From positions 221,489 to 285,488 of the IMG/VR virus record IMGVR_UViG_3300028914_000001: 64,000 nt of DNA. One strand, given 5' to 3'. This document shows positions 47,828 through 56,194 of the stretch, one piece after another (position 1 is the stretch's first letter; each line of letters starts with the position of its first letter). Both the position numbers and the translations under genes were made by a program. Under the pieces are notes generated by a model, which was not told where the DNA came from, searched no databases, and saw only the letters and a program-made list of their open reading frames with translations. Origin of the DNA: a virus. Its lineage: Duplodnaviria; Heunggongvirae; Uroviricota; Caudoviricetes.

Positions 47828-49138
47828 ATGCTTGGTATTGAAAACATAGACAACGCATCGATTGAAATTTACCTCATGGGTAGGGTGTATCCAAACGCAC
47901 TCGTTACAAAATTTCTGCTTAACATACCAATCAACGGCGTACCGTACGGATTCGCTACAATACAGAACGTAGATGATGCCAACGTAATCATTCATACGGG
48001 TGAATACGGCGTTATGAAATTCAGTAACACCGGGAACCCGACGATGGACGGCACTGCGTTGACCTTTGTTGTTGTCGATTCAGCTCCTATTGAGGTAGTC
48101 CCAGGTACAAATAACAGTTTTCAAACTGTTTCTTTCAGACTGGGTGCGTTCGATACTATGGATGTCAGGACCTTCCAGAAATACGGGACATCTACCGAAA
48201 CGATGCAATCCGTGTTTAAACACCGTCAGATTGACGAACCTATTATCGTCATTCCTCCGAAGACTACGGGAGACATGATGAACTGGATAGTTGTCAAGTC
48301 GGACATGGAACATACGCTGAATGATATTGTGGAGCATTCCTTCTTGGAAGGAGACTATGTCTACTACACATTCTCGACGGAGAAGTGCAACTACATTGTA
48401 TCAAGCATAGAGCGTTCAAAGAAATACTACCAACATCAACTCTTCGCTTTCCATGTGAACGCTAAGCGAGGAGGAAACGCTTCGATGTACAAGGATTCTG
48501 ACTCGGGATATGTCACATGGTTTTACACCACTGACAACAGGTGGAGTGATGCGGGCAAGAACAAGCATGAGCTGTTTCCGCATATCACCTATATGACCCT
48601 TACTGATAATAAGCCCGATGTTGGCCTATGTGATAACCAATGTTTTTCCAAACTCTTGAAGGGAGCCGGGTATAGTAACCAGGATGAAATAGACAAGTCA
48701 TTCGGCCCTGCGGGTTATACTTTCGGAAAGCCACACATTATTAGGGACTGTTCTGTGAATACCCACAACATGTATCAGGTCTCTCCATTCATCCGTCGCC
48801 GCTACATGGCAAGTCTTGGCAAGAAGATGAACATTACGCTTACCAACGTCATGGGCCCGGATGTCGGTTCATCGGTATATGTGTTTGCTAAGTCAAAAGA
48901 ACTCAGGGATGACTTCTTTGCTCCTGACCCGATATATTGTGATGAGTACGTTGTCCTTTCCAAACAGATAATTAAAAATGACGGCTCGGGCAAGGGTCCA
49001 ACAAGTTCTGAAGATAGGATATACAGCGTCGTTACGCTGGGCTCCCCGAATCTTCTTTATGGACATCCAGATGAAGTCTCTGCTGAAATGGCGAAAATAA
49101 AGTTCCCTGAATACAATGATGCAGCTAAGAAAATGTAA
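47828..49138 (+). CDS. Baseplate hub protein (gp27-like)
   Basis: Size, beta-rich termini and position after the gp53-like gene. Confidence 0.5.
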   Translation: MLGIENIDNASIEIYLMGRVYPNALVTKFLLNIPINGVPYGFATIQNVDDANVIIHTGEYGVMKFSNTGNPTMDGTALTFVVVDSAPIEVVPGTNNSFQTVSFRLGAFDTMDVRTFQKYGTSTETMQSVFKHRQIDEPIIVIPPKTTGDMMNWIVVKSDMEHTLNDIVEHSFLEGDYVYYTFSTEKCNYIVSSIERSKKYYQHQLFAFHVNAKRGGNASMYKDSDSGYVTWFYTTDNRWSDAGKNKHELFPHITYMTLTDNKPDVGLCDNQCFSKLLKGAGYSNQDEIDKSFGPAGYTFGKPHIIRDCSVNTHNMYQVSPFIRRRYMASLGKKMNITLTNVMGPDVGSSVYVFAKSKELRDDFFAPDPIYCDEYVVLSKQIIKNDGSGKGPTSSEDRIYSVVTLGSPNLLYGHPDEVSAEMAKIKFPEYNDAAKKM

Positions 49139-49151
49139 AAATGTATTTTAA
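49138..49151 (+). promoter_or_regulatory. AAAATGTATTTTAA motif (candidate middle promoter)
   Basis: Exact copy upstream of 49178. Confidence 0.6.
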
Positions 49152-49177
49152 TCATTGTAAAGTAGCTGTATGTACCT

Positions 49178-49630
49178 ATGGGTAAGCTCTGTTGTGATGG
49201 AAAATTCAATGTTGGCCTTTATAAGCCGTTGTCCCAGCAGTTGGTAGACTTCGGTAACGAGTGTTTTGCCAAGTTTGTTGACCATGCCACGCTCATGTGG
49301 ATGTTCATATTCTATGATGGGGCGAACGACTGTCCGAAGTGCAGGTCTTCATTGTCTGAAATTCACGACTGGTTCTACAAGAAAGGATTGCTTGATAGTT
49401 CCAACTACATGGTCAAGATAGTGGTTGAGCCGGAACCTGAAAAATGCAAGATTTACACAAACTTGGGATTTACCCTGAAACCAATGCACATATTCTGCGA
49501 ACCAAACGGAAACATCTTCGACATATACACAGGTCTGCCGGATAGCAAGTGGCTGGACAAGCATATCTACCCGTACATACAGAAAAACATCGGCATGAAG
49601 AAGGTACTCTCGGCGATTAAGGAGCAATGA
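49178..49630 (+). CDS. Thioredoxin-fold protein
   Basis: 'FIFY....CPKC' and a cis-Pro-like 'KPMHIF...G'. Confidence 0.7.
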   Translation: MGKLCCDGKFNVGLYKPLSQQLVDFGNECFAKFVDHATLMWMFIFYDGANDCPKCRSSLSEIHDWFYKKGLLDSSNYMVKIVVEPEPEKCKIYTNLGFTLKPMHIFCEPNGNIFDIYTGLPDSKWLDKHIYPYIQKNIGMKKVLSAIKEQ

Positions 49631-50685
49631 TGACGGACATTAACGAACATAGCATAAAAAGGATAGTGGTCGGCTATACTCTCGACTCAGTTATCGAGGC
49701 TCATAACCAGGCACAGAACGTAGAAAACAGTGTCGTGTTTTATAGCACTGGCGTACTGGGCGAACCACTCGACAAGTACAACGATTTCATCTCGTATGAC
49801 GACGCCAAGCGCCTCAGCGTGATTCTCCCCGACCTTGAATTTGATGAGTTCGCTGGATGCGACTACCTCTATATACCGTATGAAAAGTTGAAGTTCAAGA
49901 ATAGCCGTAACGGCCTTATGTCGCTTCCGTTTAACAAGCTCAGTTTCGACGATAACGATGAATGGAAGGCTGTCTGTGACGGATACTTTAACGAACATGT
50001 GCAGGAAATCTTAAAGGATATGTCCAACTCTCCTACCCGCCTCATAACCATGTTCAAGCAGTATCTTCCTAAATGGTTTGTAGACTGTATTGTCCGTAAT
50101 GTCAGTGCAACTAGATGGGCCGGAATTCCGACAAGTAATATAACCCTGAACGGCTACCTTTATGAGTTCAACCTGAATCAGATTGACTCAGATGGCATTC
50201 AGTTGTGGTACAAGCCGAGAATCAGTTACAACGAGGTTTGCAAGCGAATACTGAAAAAGGATAAGATTCCAGTATACACTGCTACAAAGGAAGATTGTAC
50301 CCGGTTCCTTACCGACCGTTCTATCGAGTATGTGACTTTCATGGATAACCGAGTTGACCATTATCTTGGTTATCGTAGCGGTATCTTTGACCGATGTGTT
50401 ATGTCCGCAGTGCCATGCGAGTTGCCGTCGATATTCCACAACGATTTCGACACGGGTATTATCCGTACCCCGACCATGGCTCACTGGGGTATATGCAAAT
50501 ACGGAAACGATGTACGTAAACTTTATTCAAAAAAGTGGAATTCCATCTTGGAAGTTCCTACTTCCGATATTCCGATGACAAAGAATAACCTGCGCATGTA
50601 TGATGCGTATTCTAAACTTCTTCCTCTGTTTGGAAACTTTAAGACATTGAATTTGCAGCAGAAGATAACTACCCTGATTAAGTAA
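49627..50685 (+). CDS. UDP-galactopyranose mutase (Glf)-like protein, probably degenerate
   Basis: 'SLPFN', 'RWAG', 'RVDHYLGYRSG', 'NNLRMYDAYSKL' occur in Glf order; the FAD motif GxGxxG is replaced by VVGYTLDS. Confidence 0.65.
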   Translation: MMTDINEHSIKRIVVGYTLDSVIEAHNQAQNVENSVVFYSTGVLGEPLDKYNDFISYDDAKRLSVILPDLEFDEFAGCDYLYIPYEKLKFKNSRNGLMSLPFNKLSFDDNDEWKAVCDGYFNEHVQEILKDMSNSPTRLITMFKQYLPKWFVDCIVRNVSATRWAGIPTSNITLNGYLYEFNLNQIDSDGIQLWYKPRISYNEVCKRILKKDKIPVYTATKEDCTRFLTDRSIEYVTFMDNRVDHYLGYRSGIFDRCVMSAVPCELPSIFHNDFDTGIIRTPTMAHWGICKYGNDVRKLYSKKWNSILEVPTSDIPMTKNNLRMYDAYSKLLPLFGNFKTLNLQQKITTLIK

Positions 50686-50686
50686 A

Positions 50687-51724
50687 TTATTTCTTTTCCA
50701 TCGAAGGAGCCGGGACGAATCCTCTGCGTTTTTCAAACCTTTCGTTGAACTCCTTTTCGTCCCTAGCATTGAGCGACTCGTAACTGTAACGAGTTCCGTT
50801 CATGTTGCTCTTAGTCCTTTCCCAGAACCTCAGGTTGTAGTCCAGTGTAGTTTCACTTGACCCGACAACCGCCTGAGTCACTGTGGTATTGTCGTGCAAT
50901 CCACGCTCGCTCTTCTTAAATGTTCCGTTGAGTGGGTTGGGAATATTGAAATCCACGGTGAACGTGGCGAAGTCCATATTGCCGTTATTCGGGTCTATGG
51001 TAGGGGCGGCGGTCAACACGGCGGAGTTGTACTCGCTCATCTGGATTACATCCAAGTTTGTCCTCGTGCCGGGGGCGTATGTCAACCACGGGGCTACCAT
51101 ATTCAATGCATCTTTGTTCTTGTCAGCGGCCCAGTCATCGGCAGTTGCCCCGTTCAGGAGTTCCACAGAGATGTCGATTTTATGGAACCCAGACTTGGGG
51201 CGTAGGACAAGCGGGGAAATTTGCGAGTTGAACATTGCATTGAAGAAATTGAACCACATCAGGTAGTGGTTGTCAACAACAGTCAGGCTCAGTCGTCCCG
51301 GCTGAACCTTCTTAGGCATCTGAAAAGTAAGCGCCTTCATTGAATCCAAAGAGTCGATTTCCTCTGTGCTCAACGTAGGTTTTGGCAACGTAACCGACTT
51401 GCAGTTCCATAGCATATTGAGAATGCGCTTTTCGTTATCCCAGTGGTCTTCGATGAAGTTGCTGAACTTTTGGAGCATATACGCCGAACCATTGAACCTC
51501 TTCGGCGCATGAGTATACTTGTCCCCAGCACAGTTCACCTGCATGATGGTCAGAGCCTTTTCCACATACTCGCCACTAAACCCGACATGAAACTTGTTCG
51601 GGACAAAGCCTTCCGCATGATTGAAATACTTCTGAAGGTAGCTGTCCGATGGACGCTCCGTATCGTGCATCACGGGGATTACTTCGGTTATTCTATTGTA
51701 TGGTGTAGACGGTGTGCTGGCCAT
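50687..51724 (-). CDS. Tail-tube-fold baseplate protein (gp54-like)
   Basis: 'GFVPNKFHV', 'CKSVTLP', 'LSLTVVD', 'FTVDF'. Confidence 0.6.
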   Translation of the reverse strand: MASTPSTPYNRITEVIPVMHDTERPSDSYLQKYFNHAEGFVPNKFHVGFSGEYVEKALTIMQVNCAGDKYTHAPKRFNGSAYMLQKFSNFIEDHWDNEKRILNMLWNCKSVTLPKPTLSTEEIDSLDSMKALTFQMPKKVQPGRLSLTVVDNHYLMWFNFFNAMFNSQISPLVLRPKSGFHKIDISVELLNGATADDWAADKNKDALNMVAPWLTYAPGTRTNLDVIQMSEYNSAVLTAAPTIDPNNGNMDFATFTVDFNIPNPLNGTFKKSERGLHDNTTVTQAVVGSSETTLDYNLRFWERTKSNMNGTRYSYESLNARDEKEFNERFEKRRGFVPAPSMEKK

Positions 51725-51732
51725 AGGTACTC

Positions 51733-52458
51733 CTAGTATGAGTTACTGGTTTCTCCACCAGTAATTACACATATCGCAGACATAAACGAGTTTGGGTCTG
51801 GAAGGCGGATTATCCTCTTTATTTGGTAATTGAACGACATTGTGAACTTCACAGCAGCTATGCTGCCCGGAGTTACCTGCAACGCACTGATGCTTGTCGG
51901 GAAACAGCGGTAGTAACGGACAATCATGTGATGTTGGGCCCTGTCGTCACCGAAATGGAAATCGATGTGCGGGATGTACATCAGCCTGTTCCTGTACCTG
52001 TGGTCGTACCCGTAGACCCTGTGATTGTGGTCTAGTATAGGGAACGCATCCGTCTGTCCGCTCTGGATTGTTTCCATATAGCGGTGAAGTGCCCAGTAGT
52101 TCTCGTAGTAGTCATCACAATACATACTTATCGAAATCGACTCGTCGTATTCGTTGTCCTCCGTGGTTGGAATGTAAACGCTGAACTTGTAATGGTTTTC
52201 CTTGGCATATTTCAGAGAAAGGCCAGGAGCCGTAAAATTGTCGATGTTTGCGTTTACAGTCTCTGGCGGAGGCGCAGTATGCGCCTTTGTAACGTCATCT
52301 ACGTGATGTTTTCCGTCATAGTCTGGGTCGTAAGATACGGGAAGGTCGCCTATCCGACACCTGATAAAACCCTGGTGAACGGGCACCGGGTTTCGTACAA
52401 GGTTACGATGCAACTCCCTGACAGTTCGGGGAGTTAGTATAGGCTTCTTTTCCGTCAT
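51733..52458 (-). CDS. Tail tube terminator (gp3-like)
   Basis: 'FTAPGLSL', 'DDYYENY', 'CFPTSISAL', 'FTMSFNY'. Confidence 0.68.
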   Translation of the reverse strand: MTEKKPILTPRTVRELHRNLVRNPVPVHQGFIRCRIGDLPVSYDPDYDGKHHVDDVTKAHTAPPPETVNANIDNFTAPGLSLKYAKENHYKFSVYIPTTEDNEYDESISISMYCDDYYENYWALHRYMETIQSGQTDAFPILDHNHRVYGYDHRYRNRLMYIPHIDFHFGDDRAQHHMIVRYYRCFPTSISALQVTPGSIAAVKFTMSFNYQIKRIIRLPDPNSFMSAICVITGGETSNSY

Positions 52459-52461
52459 ATC

Positions 52462-53220
52462 TTACTTCTTCACCTGGACAGAGCCGACGAGGTTGGTCTT
52501 GGAGGTCTTCGGCGGTTCCTTCTTGTATTCAGGCTTGCCGAGTTCCACGAGCTTTTCCGTCTTCTTGCCGTCCATGTCCTTCTGGGCATACTTTGCGAAA
52601 GCCTTCGGGTTCGGATTCTTCATCGGCTTGTCACTCGTTACAACACCGAAGTCGTCACGTCCGCCGACCTTGAGAGTCGGGTTCTTCTGAGGCTTCACGA
52701 TGCCGACATTGTTCGGTAGATTGTGAGACCTGATTGCAGAGATGAGCGTCTTCATGTCGCTGATGGAGATTGCCTCACCAGCCTTGATTGGCTTGATGGT
52801 GCCGACGAGAGACTTGCCCTTGACAGTCGGAGCTCCCTTTACGGTGTAGGTCGTGTCAACTGTCGCATTGACTGGCTTGAACTTCGGAGTACCAGAAGAT
52901 GCTTCGAGCTGTGCCGTCTTCTTGACTTCGGGTTCCTTCTGTGCTTCGCTCGTAGTTTCCTTATGACCCTTGATGCGTTCAGCCTTCCATTCCTTGATGG
53001 TCTTGAGAGGCTTTACACAGCCAACCTTGTCATTCTGCATTACAAGGCCTTTCTTGGACGGCTTACGCATGGAATCGGTATCTGCCGTGGAAACGGAGGC
53101 AGCGTTCCAGAACGGGAACACCTCGTTCGCATCGAGCGTTTTAACTGGCTTCTTGGTCTCCAAGTGAGCCTTCACTTGGCCAAGAAGTTGTTTCTCAGTA
53201 GGGAGGTCAAACATATCCAT
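52462..53220 (-). CDS. Lys-rich basic late protein
   Basis: Late promoter upstream; recurring VGx(V/I)KP motifs. Confidence 0.75.
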   Translation of the reverse strand: MDMFDLPTEKQLLGQVKAHLETKKPVKTLDANEVFPFWNAASVSTADTDSMRKPSKKGLVMQNDKVGCVKPLKTIKEWKAERIKGHKETTSEAQKEPEVKKTAQLEASSGTPKFKPVNATVDTTYTVKGAPTVKGKSLVGTIKPIKAGEAISISDMKTLISAIRSHNLPNNVGIVKPQKNPTLKVGGRDDFGVVTSDKPMKNPNPKAFAKYAQKDMDGKKTEKLVELGKPEYKKEPPKTSKTNLVGSVQVKK

Positions 53221-53261
53221 AATTCATTCCTATATGGCAAAAGCCAACATTGTTATGCAAA

Positions 53262-53330
53262 TAGTTTATAAGATTGGCGGAATGAATTATCTGTGAATAT
53301 TGCATTTAAACCCCAAGACATTATAAACTA
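53262..53330. promoter_or_regulatory. Divergent pair of late promoter motifs
   Basis: TAGTTTATA (53262-53270) and TATAAACTA (53322-53330). Confidence 0.85.
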
Positions 53331-53352
53331 TTTCTGAAATAGCTGGTGCAAC

Positions 53353-54471
53353 GTGATGAAAAATATCTTCATAGAGTCTGTAAACAGCGTCATCGGATTG
53401 AGTGATGGCCAAAAGGGTGCAGTCGTGTCCTTGTATCGTACCTTGTTTGAGGATGGCGCTGGGTACAAGCCTGCGAATAAAGAAGAGGATAAGAAAGAAG
53501 ATAAGAAGGACGACAAGAAAGACGATAAGAAAGACGATAAGAAAGGCGGTGATAAAACGGATGATGCTCCAGCCGAATGGAAACGAAATCGCACACCGAC
53601 TAATATGACCCCGGTCAAGAAGCGTGATGTTAAATACATAGCGTTGCACTACACGGCTGGCAATTCGTCTTCGTCTGGCTCTGCGTGTAGAACGAAATTC
53701 CCTGCCAACTGTTCAGCCGACTTCATCATTGATGATAGCGAAGTATACCAGTACAATCCTGACTTGGACCACTACTTTACATGGGCTATCGGTGTAAGCG
53801 ACCCTCAGATTAAAGACAACTATGTAGCTGAGGCGAAAGCAAGGGGAATGAATGATGCGGCAAGTCTGTATGGAACTGCCAAGAATGCAAATACCATCTC
53901 AATCGAAATGTGCAGTAACTATAATGGCGAACGTCCTAAAAATGCATCACCGCTAGACCCTAACTTTTACTTGACCGAAGCTACCTTGGGGAATACGGCA
54001 AAGGTCGTTGCGTATTTGTTGAGTAAATATCCTGGCGCAAAGGTAATACGCCATTATGATGTCACTGGAAAACCTTGCCCCGGCCCGTGGTGCAGAGACG
54101 AGAAAGGAACGCAGCAATATCTTTCGTTTGTGCAACGCTGCAATGCTACGCCTGCTCCGAAAAGTGTTGAATATCAAGATGTCGAAGATTCATCGTTTGA
54201 CAAGTCGCAGCCCTCTTGGCCAGATTTCGGTCGTCTGTTTGCTCCAGATAAAACGAAAACGACGGCAGGCGATGCGGCCAACGCTACTACGGAAAATACA
54301 CTGAACGCCGTTATTAACTCAGTTAAAACCCCTGCCGCCAAGGTGCTTGCCGGGGTTATCTCGAAGATTAACCCTAATGCTTCCCCTAATGTTGTCGCCG
54401 AATTTGCCAACATGGTTGCTAGTAAGCCGGAGTTGTTGAAAAATGTACTCAAACTTGTATCAAATAAATAA
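53353..54471 (+). CDS. N-acetylmuramoyl-L-alanine amidase (Amidase_2) with shared leader and KKDD linker
   Basis: 'YIALHYTAG', 'SADFIID', 'ISIEMC', 'IRHYDVTGKPCPG'. Confidence 0.92.
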   Translation: MMKNIFIESVNSVIGLSDGQKGAVVSLYRTLFEDGAGYKPANKEEDKKEDKKDDKKDDKKDDKKGGDKTDDAPAEWKRNRTPTNMTPVKKRDVKYIALHYTAGNSSSSGSACRTKFPANCSADFIIDDSEVYQYNPDLDHYFTWAIGVSDPQIKDNYVAEAKARGMNDAASLYGTAKNANTISIEMCSNYNGERPKNASPLDPNFYLTEATLGNTAKVVAYLLSKYPGAKVIRHYDVTGKPCPGPWCRDEKGTQQYLSFVQRCNATPAPKSVEYQDVEDSSFDKSQPSWPDFGRLFAPDKTKTTAGDAANATTENTLNAVINSVKTPAAKVLAGVISKINPNASPNVVAEFANMVASKPELLKNVLKLVSNK

Positions 54472-56170
54472 TAAGTATGCTTTGATGGAAGCTTCGTTGA
54501 AGAGTATTTATGGAATTGATGCCGATACGGTCAATGCTATCATCACATTGCATCAGACGGTATATAAGCCTCAGTTTGAAAGTGTAGGCTCGGTAGCTCG
54601 AATATCCCTTGCCGCTGTACTTACTGGAACCGCCCTTTATTCGGGTGCTGCCGGAGTGATTGCCTCTGCCATCGCCGTCGTTAGCGCTATATCTGGCGGT
54701 ACTGCAATACCGTTCATTGGTGCTGCCGCTGCTGTTCTGTTTGCTGGATGGGCGGTGTACGATGCGGTCACTGATGTGTCCAAGGCAAATAAAGAAGCAA
54801 AGGAAATTATTCACGAAGGCAAAGCGATGGATGTGGCGGAAGCGGCTGTGAAAGAGCAGATGACGAGTAACCCATATGCAAAGTATGCGGTCGATGCGGC
54901 CAAGCGTACAGGACAAATTTTGAAGGAAACTGGCGGCAATCTGATGGATAAGCTTGATGCCGTTTCGAAGACGACAACTACCAAGAAAGCGGATTCAACC
55001 GATACGATAGATGATGACGAGTTTGCCAAAAAGTTTGGTTTCACGAAGGACCTCCAGATTGTCGATGAGGACAATGCACTTAACCATTCGATGCAATTCT
55101 TCTATTACATGAATGGTTTTAACGAGTATGGCAACAAGGTTATAGACAAAGAAGCTCATGATGAGTTCATGAAGCAGTTTGAGGAATATTGGGAAGAACA
55201 TAGTGATTTCCTTCCGTACTTGAACGAGAAGGAAGCAAGGTCCAAGATGTTTGTCGAGTTCGGTCGCAAGTATTACAAGGAAACCTTCATGCCGATGTTC
55301 AGGAAAAAACTTGCCGAAGCCAAGAAACTCAAAGACAAGGGAAAGAGCGTTGAGGAATTGGAAGCGGAAGGACGTAACGAGTTCGGGGATGTCGTTGATA
55401 ATGTAAAATACTACGCCACGATGGGATTCACCCCGGATGCAAAAATTACTGACATCAATAAATTCTCGAAGGCATTTACTGCAAAGACGGGTCTTGACCT
55501 GAGTTACAACCCGGTGTCACCTGAAGGTGAAGAACTGTTGGAACGAATGATGAAGGACAAGTCGGAAGAATATCTGAAATATCTTCCAGCACCAGTGTTC
55601 CTCATGGAAGAGAAAGACCAGAAACCGTTTATCGAGAAAGCCCGTGACCCGAAACGCCGTGGAGAATCGCAGGTTGGCCGTTACGGAAAGGATATGATAG
55701 CATCTAATGCCGCCGCAAACAAAGTTGCGACCGAGCAGAAGGCTGGTAATGGTGCAGTCGCTCGAAATGGTGCGGCGCAACCGCAACCGCAACAACAAAC
55801 GGATTCAAGTAACCAACAGCAGGATGATATCACTAATGCGCCTGATGTAGACAAGCAATCGGGCCCGTACCGTACTGTCGGAAAGGCTCAGTTGCTCAAA
55901 ATATACAACCTCTTGCCAGAGCGTTCAAAGCACCTGATGCGTCTTGGATACATAATGAATATCAATAACGGTAAGTTTTACCGAATGAGTGATGCTGATA
56001 GGCTGGTCATGCCGCAGATTGTTCATGAGGCTCGAAAGGAAGCTGAACGCCAATGGATTGAACAACGCAGACAGGTCAAGCTTAACCAGGGTCGGTTGAC
56101 CAGGGACGATATGACTAAGGAAGAAATTGAGGAATCGAACAGGAGGGCGGGATTCCCCTCGAATAGCTAA
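54443..56170 (+). CDS. Leader-bearing protein with a Gly/Ala-rich hydrophobic hairpin (candidate ejection/membrane protein)
   Basis: 'LMEASLKSIYGI...AIITLH...QFE|S' followed by a ~50-aa hydrophobic stretch; exact start uncertain. Confidence 0.72.
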   Translation: MYSNLYQINNKYALMEASLKSIYGIDADTVNAIITLHQTVYKPQFESVGSVARISLAAVLTGTALYSGAAGVIASAIAVVSAISGGTAIPFIGAAAAVLFAGWAVYDAVTDVSKANKEAKEIIHEGKAMDVAEAAVKEQMTSNPYAKYAVDAAKRTGQILKETGGNLMDKLDAVSKTTTTKKADSTDTIDDDEFAKKFGFTKDLQIVDEDNALNHSMQFFYYMNGFNEYGNKVIDKEAHDEFMKQFEEYWEEHSDFLPYLNEKEARSKMFVEFGRKYYKETFMPMFRKKLAEAKKLKDKGKSVEELEAEGRNEFGDVVDNVKYYATMGFTPDAKITDINKFSKAFTAKTGLDLSYNPVSPEGEELLERMMKDKSEEYLKYLPAPVFLMEEKDQKPFIEKARDPKRRGESQVGRYGKDMIASNAAANKVATEQKAGNGAVARNGAAQPQPQQQTDSSNQQQDDITNAPDVDKQSGPYRTVGKAQLLKIYNLLPERSKHLMRLGYIMNINNGKFYRMSDADRLVMPQIVHEARKEAERQWIEQRRQVKLNQGRLTRDDMTKEEIEESNRRAGFPSNS

Positions 56171-56194
56171 TCATATACACCTAAGGAGAGACAT

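Noticed and set aside
54443-54487. Programmed frameshift fusing the amidase to the next ORF
   Set aside because: No convincing slippery site plus downstream structure. An in-frame ATG at 54443 exists and the ORF has its own leader.
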